From: Balanoglossus misakiensis
Lineage: Eukaryota; Animalia; Hemichordata
Assembly (NCBI GenBank): GCA_040954595.2
Contig: JBECUI020000025.1
Span: 186,001 to 250,000, forward strand
Length of the DNA stretch: 64,000 bases
Direction of reading: 5' to 3'
The notes below the pieces were generated by a model. The model saw nothing but the letters and a program-made list of their open reading frames with translations, ran no database searches and was not told the origin of the DNA. How positions within the stretch are numbered: the first letter of the stretch is position 1; every line of letters begins with the position of its first letter. The position numbers and the translations under genes were made by a program. Below are positions 9,971 to 20,012 of this stretch, in pieces.

Positions 9971-11737
9971 CTAAAGTGGTCTTGTTTGTTCAAAAAGCCA
10001 CTCACGAAGTGCTTCATCCAGATGGTCAGCAAGGTTCGTGTAGACCTGTTTATGATACTGATCAATCCAATGCAATTCTTGCAGGGTGCAGAGATCGGGA
10101 AGAATCAGTCGCCGATCCAGAGGAGCGAGCGTCAGGTTTTTGAAGCACAGAAAACTACCAAACTCGTTGACAGAATGCTCTTCGACGTACAAAACGTTTT
10201 CAATGCGGATCCCGTACTGTCCAGTCCGGTACAGCCCCGGTTCATTTGTTGTAAGCATGCCCGGTTTTAGCGCCAGCAAGACTTCCCTGTATCCGGCATG
10301 CGGACTGATACTTGGCGGCGCCTCATGGACATTAAGAAAATTGCCAATCCCATGCCCAGTTCCATGCCCATAGTTTATGCCTTCAGCCCAGAATATCGAG
10401 CGCGTAATTGTATCAAGATGAATGCCGGCAGTGCCAGTCGGAAAACGTGCATTACTGAGCGCAATATGTGCCCGGAGAACCAGCGTATAATCTCTACAAA
10501 CCGCATCGGGAATATTTTTTCCCAAGTAGAACGTACGAGTCGTGTCGGTACTGCCGCCGTAATAATGCCCGCCTGAATCAAGAAGGAGAATGCCACCCTC
10601 ATCTAATCGGTATTCTTTATCAGGATTACGATTGTAATGCGGTAAAGCACTATGGTCACGAAAGGCAGCAATCGTGCCAAAACTATCGCTTGCATAGTCC
10701 TTTTCTTCCTTGCGCAGTTCGGTAATCTTTGCAGCAATATCGGATTCGCTGATGTTCGTATCCTGCTGATAAAGCCAATACATAAATCGCACCCATACAC
10801 ACCCTTCTGTCTGATAAACCTTCGTTAATGTCTGCAATTCTTCTGCCGGTTTAATTGCCTTTAACAGGGCAATTGGCTGGTCCTCCGTATATGGCTGGGT
10901 AATCTCTTTACTAAGATAATACGGAACAGAAACAGGATCAAGTAAACATGAGTCCGACAGGGACGACAGGACATCCGCAACATTATCATAATGACAGACA
11001 TGCACAGAATCCTGCAATAAATCCGCAACCAGTTCCTTCGAAAGCACTGAATCGGCAATAAAAAGTTGTGCATCACTTGCATTCACCAGTAGATAGGCAT
11101 AAAAAACCGGTGTATAAGATATGTCATTCCCACGTAGGTTCAAAGTCCATGCAATATCTTCCAGTTTTGCAACAAAGTAATGGCTGCACATGTGCCCAGC
11201 CATGGCAGACCGTATCTCCTGTAATTTCTCGCATCTTTTTTGAGAAGAATACGCACTGTAAGAAAAAATCGGCTTCCGTTGCAAGGGTGGGCGCTCCCAT
11301 ATCTTGTCAATAAATGATGATGCCTCAACGATCTTATAGTTTTGACAGTGCTTCTGCCAGAGCAGGGCTGACTCCATTGATGCATAATAAACCGCAATCG
11401 TGCCACCTGCGGGAATGCGCGAAGTAATCCACTCTGCAATCTCCTGTAGCTGTTTCGTGTATGAGCGATAGAACTGAATGGGAGTATCCCGGAGAATATT
11501 CTCCGCTTCAACAAAATAGCGCGAATCGGTCCAAAGCCCCGCATCGGTAGCACAGACAGCTAATGCCCCAGCCGAACCACAAAAGTTGCTTGCCCAGCTC
11601 CGTGCACGGAAGTACTGGCTCGGGATCTCACTTTGATGCGGATCTACATCATACAGGACTACGGCATCAATATTGCTATCGCTCAGACATTGCTGTACGT
11701 ATTCAATTACGCTGGAGTTATCTACTCGGCTAGACAT
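9971..11737 (-). CDS. Xaa-Pro aminopeptidase (M24B, aminopeptidase P)
   Basis: DPHQSE, WTDSRY, DSGGHY.GGSTD, HGTGHGIG..LNVHE, NEPG and GIRIEN; start overlaps the trxB end. Confidence 0.93.
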   Translation of the reverse strand: MSSRVDNSSVIEYVQQCLSDSNIDAVVLYDVDPHQSEIPSQYFRARSWASNFCGSAGALAVCATDAGLWTDSRYFVEAENILRDTPIQFYRSYTKQLQEIAEWITSRIPAGGTIAVYYASMESALLWQKHCQNYKIVEASSFIDKIWERPPLQRKPIFSYSAYSSQKRCEKLQEIRSAMAGHMCSHYFVAKLEDIAWTLNLRGNDISYTPVFYAYLLVNASDAQLFIADSVLSKELVADLLQDSVHVCHYDNVADVLSSLSDSCLLDPVSVPYYLSKEITQPYTEDQPIALLKAIKPAEELQTLTKVYQTEGCVWVRFMYWLYQQDTNISESDIAAKITELRKEEKDYASDSFGTIAAFRDHSALPHYNRNPDKEYRLDEGGILLLDSGGHYYGGSTDTTRTFYLGKNIPDAVCRDYTLVLRAHIALSNARFPTGTAGIHLDTITRSIFWAEGINYGHGTGHGIGNFLNVHEAPPSISPHAGYREVLLALKPGMLTTNEPGLYRTGQYGIRIENVLYVEEHSVNEFGSFLCFKNLTLAPLDRRLILPDLCTLQELHWIDQYHKQVYTNLADHLDEALREWLFEQTRPL

Positions 11738-12663
11738 CGTTCTGCTTCCAATGCCGCCATACAACCGCTGCCAGCAGCTGTTACGGCTTGTCTGTATATC
11801 TTGTCTTGCACATCTCCACAGGCAAAGACACCCGGAATAGTTGTCCGGGTACTGTTCGGCGCAGTTACAATGTATCCGATCGAATCCATATCAAGCTGAT
11901 TAGCAAGAAATGCAGTATTCGGCTTGTGCCCAATAGCATAAAAGAGCCCCTGTAACTTTAATACATCTTCGGCATCTGTTTTATTATTACGAATACGCAG
12001 ATCGGTTAAGAGTTTATCACCCATTGCTTCGACAGCCTCCGTATTCCAGAGAACTGTAATCTCCTTCTTTTGAGATACCCGATCCTGCATAATGCGGGAT
12101 GCACGCATAAGGTCTCTGCGGACTAACATGTACACCGACGAAGTAAAATTAGTAAGGAATAGTGCCTCCTCGCAGGCGACATCTCCACCCCCAATGAGTA
12201 CAAGTTTGCCATTACGAAACATGGGAAGTGCTCCATCACATACCGCACAGGAAGATATTCCGCGTTGCCAATATCTTTCTTCGCCCGGAATGCCAAGGCG
12301 TTTTGCGGTTGCCCCAGTGGCAATAATAAGAGTTTCCGCATAGTACTGTCCACTATCACTGGAAACTACATAGGGTCTCGAAGAGAGATCCACCGATTCA
12401 ACCGTTTCAGTAAGGATACGAGTGCCGTACTTTACCGACTGTGCTCTCATTTTGTCCATAAGCTCAGGCCCGGATATGGGATCAGGAAATCCCGGGAAGT
12501 TTTCAATTTCTGTTGTAGTCGTTAATTGTCCCCCCGCAGCAACACCGCCAGCCATGAACCCTTCAAAAAGAAGTGGCTCTAACTGTGCACGAGCAGTGTA
12601 AATAGCAGCAGTATGGGCCGCAGGACCAGAGCCAATAATAACAACCTTTTCTTTTTTCTGCAT
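11722..12663 (-). CDS. trxB: thioredoxin-disulfide reductase
   Basis: IIGSGPA, GGQLTTTTEIENFPGF, CAVC, IGGGD, GDVQD..YRQAVTAAG. Confidence 0.96.
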   Translation of the reverse strand: MQKKEKVVIIGSGPAAHTAAIYTARAQLEPLLFEGFMAGGVAAGGQLTTTTEIENFPGFPDPISGPELMDKMRAQSVKYGTRILTETVESVDLSSRPYVVSSDSGQYYAETLIIATGATAKRLGIPGEERYWQRGISSCAVCDGALPMFRNGKLVLIGGGDVACEEALFLTNFTSSVYMLVRRDLMRASRIMQDRVSQKKEITVLWNTEAVEAMGDKLLTDLRIRNNKTDAEDVLKLQGLFYAIGHKPNTAFLANQLDMDSIGYIVTAPNSTRTTIPGVFACGDVQDKIYRQAVTAAGSGCMAALEAERCLAE

Positions 12664-12746
12664 AGCAACCCCTTTGTTCATATTGCAACTGTAATATTCC
12701 CCTTATAGTATCATATACAAGAAAAAATATGTATTCTGCTCAACGA

Positions 12747-13604
12747 TTATTCCTTCTTTCGGCTGAGCCGAGTAAAGAGATATATGCCTGCCCCCAACCA
12801 TGCCAAAATAAAACCCGGTAGTCGTACGGTGGAGAGTTCTTCGCCAAAAACAAAGACACTCAGCATAAACATAATAAGAGGAGCGAGATAGTTCAAAAAG
12901 CCTACAGAAATGAGCGGAATCCGTTGAACAGCAATTCCGAAGAGAACAAGAGGGCAGAGAGTAACTAGACCAGTGGCAAACAGTGATGTCATCAGTATAG
13001 GCGAAGGAGATGGTGGTAGTTCGGGAAGAACATTAAAGATAAACAAGAAAAGGACAGGTGTCGCAAAGATAATGAGCTCCAAAGAAAGCATTTCAAACGC
13101 TACCCCCTTGCTTATCTTTCGTATAGAACCATAGAGGGAAAACGACAGAGCAAGTGCAAGCCCTATCCAAGGAATTGCACCATAGATAAACGTAAGATAC
13201 ACCACACTGAGAACAGCCATTACGAGAGCAAGATACTCAAGGCGAACCAGCCGTTCACGAAAGAAGAACATTCCCATCACCATGCTAAGTACCGGAGAAA
13301 TAGTATAACCCAAGCCTGCATCCAGTGTCTGCCTGTACATAACAGCAATGGCAAAGATCATCCAGTTGGATATGATAAGGAACCCTCGTAAGGCAGTTAT
13401 ACCGAAGTAACGAAGTCGCCCTAGCTGCGAAATAACGATACGAAATCGTCTATTCGTAAGGAGAATAATAAGACAAACAAGGGCAGATAAGACAATCCGA
13501 TAGGCAACTATTGTTATGGGGTGTACAGAGACCAGAAAATTCCAGAACAAAAGAGCGAGACCCCAAAAGATAAAGGCACCCGCACCGCAAATATATCCCA
13601 ACAT
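12747..13604 (-). CDS. rarD: RarD/EamA-family membrane transporter
   Basis: About 10 TM segments; FIFWGL, NW.IF, LGY.ISP, FFRERL, SFSLYG and GFLNYLAP motifs. Confidence 0.85.
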   Translation of the reverse strand: MLGYICGAGAFIFWGLALLFWNFLVSVHPITIVAYRIVLSALVCLIILLTNRRFRIVISQLGRLRYFGITALRGFLIISNWMIFAIAVMYRQTLDAGLGYTISPVLSMVMGMFFFRERLVRLEYLALVMAVLSVVYLTFIYGAIPWIGLALALSFSLYGSIRKISKGVAFEMLSLELIIFATPVLFLFIFNVLPELPPSPSPILMTSLFATGLVTLCPLVLFGIAVQRIPLISVGFLNYLAPLIMFMLSVFVFGEELSTVRLPGFILAWLGAGIYLFTRLSRKKE

Positions 13605-13683
13605 AGTATATCACTGTATCAGAATATCTCGTACAGGTACAAGGATTGCATATGAGACTAAAGATAATATACACTAGATTATA

Positions 13684-14262
13684 GTGAGTAAGCAACCGAC
13701 AACGATAGCAAATAGACTGACAATCGGAAGAGCTATTTCCGGCGTTCTCTTCCTGTTCGTTTTTCTGTTCTCAAACTACGAGTGGACATGGGTACTACTA
13801 GTAATTATCTATACATATATCGAACTCTCGGATCTGTTTGATGGCAGCATCGCTCGAGCAACAAATAGTACCAGCGATTTCGGCAAACTCTTCGATCCGG
13901 TTGCGGATATTGTTAGCAGGACAACCGTTATGCTCTGCCTATTTCGGGAAACGATCTGGTGGCCTGTTGTCATGCTTATTATAATTCGGGAAGTTTCCAT
14001 GTGTTATGTACGAATGCACATGCTCCGCCATAACACTGTTCTTCCGGCAAACTGGAGTGGAAAGGCAAAGGCGATCTGCTACTCGGTAACAAATATATTT
14101 GCTCTCCTTGTTTATATAATGAGTGCAGGCATACTAGCCGGACATTTTATTCTTCCCATACTTACCGGAATAAATGCTATCTTTCTTATAATCAGCTGTG
14201 TAGCTGCATATATTTCCCTGGGAATCTATGTTGACTTTACACGAAAGACCCTTTCCCAGTAA
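13684..14262 (+). CDS. pgsA: CDP-alcohol phosphatidyltransferase (PgsA-like)
   Basis: ANRLT.GR and the signature D.FDG.IAR....TSDFGKLFDPVAD; GTG start. Confidence 0.85.
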   Translation: MSKQPTTIANRLTIGRAISGVLFLFVFLFSNYEWTWVLLVIIYTYIELSDLFDGSIARATNSTSDFGKLFDPVADIVSRTTVMLCLFRETIWWPVVMLIIIREVSMCYVRMHMLRHNTVLPANWSGKAKAICYSVTNIFALLVYIMSAGILAGHFILPILTGINAIFLIISCVAAYISLGIYVDFTRKTLSQ

Positions 14263-14278
14263 AACTATAGAGCAACCA

Positions 14279-15838
14279 TCAATCATACAGCGCACTCAAC
14301 ACACGAACGGTGCTAAAATCGTCAAATATCTTTTGTTCTACCTTATCCGGAACACGAGATACAGGCCGCCCAAAGGAATCAATAATAGCAAAAAAGGTAT
14401 TCAGAAAATGTTGTTTACCGAATTTCTCCTCAATGAGCCCGGATCTATCCGGACACTCGGCAGTAATAAGCGCTCCAAAGCTCTCATATAAATTTGCATT
14501 TAACTCAATTATCTGTTTGCAAAAGTCATCATTTTCCATATCCTTCATATAGTTTGCCTGAATAGTAGGCGGCAGGAAAGAAAAATCGATGGAATCTCTT
14601 TGACCAAGACTCTTATATTCCATTTCCATAGCTTGTAGGGTCTGTAAACTCACTAGTTTCTTCAAAACCAACGTTCGCCGATGACAGAGATCCAATACCT
14701 GATCCTTAACATTGCCAAGTGTCGGTGAAACAAAAGGAACAAGAAATTCCTCGTAAAATAGATGGGGGTAGCCGGCAATAGTCGAGCGAATATCTTCGAT
14801 CTGTGGGATATACCGTGCCATGATGGGTTTTTGCCAAAGCAGCGAATTGAGATATTGATAACCAAAGCCCTCCTGAATGGATGAGGAAATAACAAGATCG
14901 GACAATGCAAAAAGCTGATCAAAACTCATATGCACCCTGTCAATCTCAGTACCAATTCCCCAGAGCCCACTAATTACTTTATTGTAATAGGCACCTTTTA
15001 CTAATAGCGAGTACTTTGTTTCTTCTGATGAAGTTCCGGGAAGGGTTACAATGAGGTTTATATCCGCTGCTACCCCTCGAAGGAATAATGCTGCCTCAAA
15101 GACATTTTTTCTCCTGATCGTGCGAACAGGATAAATGACATGCGGTTTTTCAGGATCATAGGCAAAATGGTGATTAGCATCGGAAAGCCTTTTTCTGAGC
15201 CGCATACGCTCTTCTGCGGGCATGCCGACGTGTTCATGGGATTCCACTACCGGGTTTGTAATATAGAAGACCATATCAGCAGGGATTCCGGCACGAATAA
15301 GAAGATCCCGGTCGTGCGAACTCAAAACCGCATAACGCACATTTGATTGCACAGGATAAAGCTCAGCATCTACCTTATCGATAAGGGAATTATATAGTTC
15401 ATATCTGCCGTTCTCGGGAAAATCATGAATATGTAGTATAGCAGGCTGTTTTTTCGCCCGTCGAAGCACCTGCAACAAAACGGAGGTAAAAACAGGATTC
15501 TTTCCAATATGATAGTTGTGTACCCACCATACCGAATTGCGATCCAGTACTTCCTCCAGGATGTTTTTAATTGCGTCTCTGAGTGCCTGCTCATTAACGT
15601 AATCATATGTCGAGGTCGCATAACCTAATTCAGGATGATGCTCAATCATAATCGGGAAGGGGCATAGATCCTGTAACTGAGGAGTCATATCAGGATCATA
15701 GACATCCGTCATTATGCGAATAGACGGTATTGAAACATTGCATTCTGCAAAGATATTTATGGCTTGGAGAATTACATTCGTTACTCCGCCATGCGACAAA
15801 TGATAATGAAAGATTGTAATGGAACGATTTATATCCAT
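14279..15838 (-). CDS. GT-B fold (GT4-like) glycosyltransferase
   Basis: HYHL..GGVT.VI, HNYHIGKN, HIHDF, PVR.IRRKN and SSIQEGFG motifs. Confidence 0.75.
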   Translation of the reverse strand: MDINRSITIFHYHLSHGGVTNVILQAINIFAECNVSIPSIRIMTDVYDPDMTPQLQDLCPFPIMIEHHPELGYATSTYDYVNEQALRDAIKNILEEVLDRNSVWWVHNYHIGKNPVFTSVLLQVLRRAKKQPAILHIHDFPENGRYELYNSLIDKVDAELYPVQSNVRYAVLSSHDRDLLIRAGIPADMVFYITNPVVESHEHVGMPAEERMRLRKRLSDANHHFAYDPEKPHVIYPVRTIRRKNVFEAALFLRGVAADINLIVTLPGTSSEETKYSLLVKGAYYNKVISGLWGIGTEIDRVHMSFDQLFALSDLVISSSIQEGFGYQYLNSLLWQKPIMARYIPQIEDIRSTIAGYPHLFYEEFLVPFVSPTLGNVKDQVLDLCHRRTLVLKKLVSLQTLQAMEMEYKSLGQRDSIDFSFLPPTIQANYMKDMENDDFCKQIIELNANLYESFGALITAECPDRSGLIEEKFGKQHFLNTFFAIIDSFGRPVSRVPDKVEQKIFDDFSTVRVLSALYD

Positions 15839-15928
15839 AGCTACACGTACCTACCAATGAAAATACTAAGCAATAATATTATACAGTTTTTTCTTGAAAA
15901 AATCACCATGCCTACTATAGGTATATCA

Positions 15929-15957
15929 TTGACACATCTTTCTGTCCATACTATACT
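15929..15957 (+). promoter_or_regulatory. sigma70 promoter of the phosphorylase-mscS operon
   Basis: TTGACA-N17-TATACT. Confidence 0.75.
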
Positions 15958-16014
15958 AGTATGTAAATTGAATAACCAAGTTAGGAATCTGCACCATCCG
16001 GAAGTTATTTGAAT

Positions 16015-17700
16015 ATGCAGATCATTAAACAGTTAATACAACAAATATACGGAAGTAATACGAACCTTTTTTCAGAAGTCGAACAGCGAATTCAGCAAGC
16101 CGGAATACAGCCGGAAGATACCAAAGCCTTTTCACAATGCACCGAAAAAACTTCTATTCTCATTACCTATCCTGACCAAATAAGGAATCCGGGGCAAAGC
16201 CATTTACATTCTCTTTTCCAATTCTGTACAGACTTTTTAGACGGATTGGTATCCGGCATTCATATCCTTCCGTTTTTTCCCTATTCTTCAGATGATGGCT
16301 TCTCTATTATTGATTATCAGCAAGTTGATCCCAGATCTGGAAGTTGGTCCGAGATTCGAGCTCTTGGCAACAGGTTTCATCTCATGGCGGATATGGTCCT
16401 GAATCATTGTTCAGTACAACATGAATGGTTCAAAGACTACCTTGCCGGCAAGAAACCTGACTATTTTATTGCAGTGGATCCGCAAACAGATACATCTGGG
16501 GTTGCACGACCACGGGCATTGCCGCTTTTGCATCCATTTGAGACATCAGAGGGAACAAAAGATATATGGACTACCTTCAGTGCTGATCAAGTCGATCTTA
16601 ACTTTGCCAATCCCGCTGTGCTTCTTGAATTTATTGATATCATGCTGTTTCTTATCTCACAGAAGGTAGGCATTATTCGCTTGGACGCAATAGCCTATCT
16701 CTGGAAAGAACTCGGCACGAGCTGCATACATCATCCAAAAACGCATGCAATCGTACAATTATTTCGAGCAATACTGGATAAGGTCGCACCCCATACCCTT
16801 CTCATTACGGAGACCAATGTCCCGCATGTTGATAATATCAGCTACTTCAGCGATAACGTTGATATGGTATATCAGTTTGCCCTGCCCCCTCTCGTCCTTG
16901 ATGCATGCATCCGGGAAGATACAGGGCACCTGCAAAACTGGGCACAGGGATTATCCGCACCATCATCGGAGAACGGCTTCTTTAACTTCCTTGCATCACA
17001 TGATGGAATTGGTCTACTACCTATTCATGACATACTCAGTGATGCAGAGATCGAAAATCTCATTAATACGGTCAAAGATCGAGGGGGTTCAGTATCGTAC
17101 AAAGAAACAGCAAACGGACCTATTCCATACGAGTTAAACATCAACTATCTCTCCGCAGTTAGTTACCATGCACTACCTGCCTCAACACGAGCAAATCAGT
17201 TTATGGTCAGTCAGGCAATTCTTCTTGCATTAGCCGGGGTCCCCGGTATTTATATTCATAGCATTCTTGGGTCGGAGAACTGGCCTGCAGGATTGGCAAT
17301 AGCAAAGCGATCTATTAATCGCAAAAAAAATGATATGAAAACTCTTATTGAAGAACTGGAAGACAGTGAGAGTTTACGACATCAAGTATTTACCCGGTAT
17401 ACAGCCTTGCTGCGGGCACGTTCTTCCACTGCTGTATTTCGACCCGATGCTGCTCAGAAAATTTTATTGTCCCCACCGTCGATTTTTGCCCTGCAACGCG
17501 GCACCTTTCCGCATGAAGTTGTTTGCATCCATAATCTCTCGCATCAGGCATGTGAATTTGTTTTGGACTGCGGGAAAGCATATCTATTCAGGGATATTAT
17601 TCAGAACGAAATAATTCGTCCCTATCGTGTAAAAAATGAATGCTACTTCCTCCTGGAACCATATGCAGTGTTATGGGTTGAACCGAAAATAGAAACATGA
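16015..17700 (+). CDS. GH13_18 sugar phosphorylase, probably glucosylglycerate phosphorylase (YcjM-like)
   Basis: HILPFFPYSSDDGF, WTTFS.DQVDLN, RLDA (nucleophile), TETN, ASHDGIG, YELN. Confidence 0.85.
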   Translation: MQIIKQLIQQIYGSNTNLFSEVEQRIQQAGIQPEDTKAFSQCTEKTSILITYPDQIRNPGQSHLHSLFQFCTDFLDGLVSGIHILPFFPYSSDDGFSIIDYQQVDPRSGSWSEIRALGNRFHLMADMVLNHCSVQHEWFKDYLAGKKPDYFIAVDPQTDTSGVARPRALPLLHPFETSEGTKDIWTTFSADQVDLNFANPAVLLEFIDIMLFLISQKVGIIRLDAIAYLWKELGTSCIHHPKTHAIVQLFRAILDKVAPHTLLITETNVPHVDNISYFSDNVDMVYQFALPPLVLDACIREDTGHLQNWAQGLSAPSSENGFFNFLASHDGIGLLPIHDILSDAEIENLINTVKDRGGSVSYKETANGPIPYELNINYLSAVSYHALPASTRANQFMVSQAILLALAGVPGIYIHSILGSENWPAGLAIAKRSINRKKNDMKTLIEELEDSESLRHQVFTRYTALLRARSSTAVFRPDAAQKILLSPPSIFALQRGTFPHEVVCIHNLSHQACEFVLDCGKAYLFRDIIQNEIIRPYRVKNECYFLLEPYAVLWVEPKIET

Positions 17701-18824
17701 TCGACTTCCTGCAAAATAATATTCTTATTGGTGATATTCAATTACAATTCTCCATCTCCGATATTCTTATCAGAATTATCTTACCCCTTATCGCCATACT
17801 GCTTCTTTCTTTTTTTATGAAAAAGGGGCTTTCACGTATCTTCACTGCCCTGCGTGTTCCCAGTGATATTGCAAAAAATCTTCTATTCTGGATCAGATTA
17901 CTTGTTTACATCGCATTACTTGTGGCGTACATTCTCTTTTCCGATCGTGTTTGGCAATGGGATTTGGCACCGCGTTTCATGGGAGTATTTACTACCCCCT
18001 TTTATTCGCTAGGTGATAGTCAAATTTCGGTTTTAACTATTTTCTTCTTTCTGCCTGTCTTTTATATTGCAACTATTTTGTCAAAATACGTTCAGAGAAT
18101 CAGCGAACGCAGCACCTTGCCTCTTTTTATTAACAACGCATCGCTCCGATTCTCGATATCCAACATTCTCCGTTATACATGTCTTTTTCTTTTTTCAATC
18201 ATCGGATTATCTCTAATTGGCATCAATGTATCTTCGTTAATGCTTATTTTTGGTGTGCTGGGAATCGGTATCGGCTTTGGCTTACAGGGCATGGTAGAGA
18301 ACTTCTTTGCCGGACTGGTTATTATTATCACCCGCCCCATAAAGATCGGTGATACCATACAAATCGGGGATTCTTTTGGTACTGTAACACAGATTAAACT
18401 GCTCCATACGATTGTAAATACATCTCTCAATGCTACAATTATTCTCCCCAACAAAGATATAGCGAACTCTCCGGTGCATAACTACTCGCATGAAGGAGAT
18501 AAAAGCATAGTATTGATAAACGTAGTGCAGGTCAGTTATTCAAGTGATCTGGAACAAGTACGGGATATATTGCTGGAAATACAGGAACGAAATCCCTACC
18601 GGAAACTAGATGCACCGGATCCAATGGTGTTTATTATCGCCTTCGATGCATCCGGTATAACAATCAGAACTGCCTGCTACATAGCTATGGCAACCAATAA
18701 ATTTGTTGCTTTATCGTGGGTAAACATGGAAATTTGGCGTATGTTCAAGGAAAAAAACATTGTCATTCCCTTCCCACAACTTGATCTTCATCTTGATAAT
18801 GCTCCAACAAACCCACTGTCTTAA
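17697..18824 (+). CDS. MscS-family mechanosensitive channel
   Basis: GIGIGFGLQ..ENFFAG, RPIKIGD and IPFPQLDLH motifs; multiple N-terminal TM helices. Confidence 0.92.
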   Translation: MIDFLQNNILIGDIQLQFSISDILIRIILPLIAILLLSFFMKKGLSRIFTALRVPSDIAKNLLFWIRLLVYIALLVAYILFSDRVWQWDLAPRFMGVFTTPFYSLGDSQISVLTIFFFLPVFYIATILSKYVQRISERSTLPLFINNASLRFSISNILRYTCLFLFSIIGLSLIGINVSSLMLIFGVLGIGIGFGLQGMVENFFAGLVIIITRPIKIGDTIQIGDSFGTVTQIKLLHTIVNTSLNATIILPNKDIANSPVHNYSHEGDKSIVLINVVQVSYSSDLEQVRDILLEIQERNPYRKLDAPDPMVFIIAFDASGITIRTACYIAMATNKFVALSWVNMEIWRMFKEKNIVIPFPQLDLHLDNAPTNPLS

Positions 18825-18880
18825 CATGTTTTCTGCCCCGCCTTCTGCATGATGCATAGGTACATGCATGTAAAAAAAAC

Positions 18881-19363
18881 TTACTCTTCTTCTTCTTCTT
18901 CGAGAGCTTCAAGAAATGGATCATCTTCGTCATTAAGGGCCTCTAACATTGCTTCAACTACCAGTAAGGGATAGGTCGGCAGATATTCGATATTGGCCAG
19001 TGGTAGATCTTCAATAGCTAACTGGTCACGCACAATGCTATGCCAATCTTTTATCTCTTTTATTGAAATGCCCTTCTGCTGTTCTACGTCAACATCTAAC
19101 TGATTCCTGCAAATTAATTCCCCCGTGCTAACAATATCGTCGGTAGCAATATCCAGGGAAGGATCGAAAAAGCAGAGTTCTATCATAACCGGATCCAATT
19201 CATCATCTATATGCCTGATATCGTTAATATCAACCATCTTTAGCCCGTAGAATCCGTCGTCATCATATTCCTTACATAGCAAATGGGTTATGGCACCAAG
19301 CGGACTATCATCTTGTCTGATGACCGCAAAAACATATAGTGGGCCTTGTGCATTGTTCTTCAT
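18881..19363 (-). CDS. acidic hypothetical protein
   Basis: 160-aa ORF downstream of efp on the same strand; D/E-rich with a poly-E tail; no family recognised. Confidence 0.65.
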   Translation of the reverse strand: MKNNAQGPLYVFAVIRQDDSPLGAITHLLCKEYDDDGFYGLKMVDINDIRHIDDELDPVMIELCFFDPSLDIATDDIVSTGELICRNQLDVDVEQQKGISIKEIKDWHSIVRDQLAIEDLPLANIEYLPTYPLLVVEAMLEALNDEDDPFLEALEEEEEE

Positions 19364-19395
19364 GGTACTTATCTATCATTATGGAGTAGGGTTAC

Positions 19396-19956
19396 CTACT
19401 CAGTTATTCTTTCAACGTATTCACCGGTTTCGGTATTCACCAGAATTTTATCGTTTTCCTTGATGAATAACGGTGCCTTCAATACCAGTCCTGTCTCACA
19501 TACTATCCGTTTCGTCGCACCTGAGACTGTATCTCCCCGAACCGCAACAGGAGCTTCACTGACAAGCATGTCCACCTTCGCCGGAATAATAATATCAATG
19601 GGGGTATCCACCCAGAATACAATTCGGTAGGACTCGCCAACTTGTAGGTAGAAATGCTTTGTATTGAGAACCTTCGCAGCAAAAGAAAACTGATCATATG
19701 TCTCGGTATCCATAAAGTGATAATCTTCCCCTTCATGGTAGAGAAACTGACAGGTCTTCTCGTCGATATCAGCAACTTCAACCCGCTCAGCGGTTTTAAG
19801 TGTTTCCCGTAATACTTGACCGGTTATAAGATTTCTCACCTTGCACCGGACAACGGCGGCTCCCTTTCCCGGTGTAAAGAAATCACGCTCAAGGACATAA
19901 TGTGGCTGGGCATTAAGAAGCAATATAGTTCCTTTTTCGATTGATCCTGCTTTCAT
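19396..19956 (-). CDS. efp: elongation factor P
   Basis: TPGKGAA loop, ETGL...AP.FI and VNTETGEYVER. Confidence 0.95.
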   Translation of the reverse strand: MKAGSIEKGTILLLNAQPHYVLERDFFTPGKGAAVVRCKVRNLITGQVLRETLKTAERVEVADIDEKTCQFLYHEGEDYHFMDTETYDQFSFAAKVLNTKHFYLQVGESYRIVFWVDTPIDIIIPAKVDMLVSEAPVAVRGDTVSGATKRIVCETGLVLKAPLFIKENDKILVNTETGEYVERITE

Positions 19957-20012
19957 ATCTAGTATCCTAACAGAATATACATACCCTGTACAAGTAGTGA
20001 TATACTAATGCT

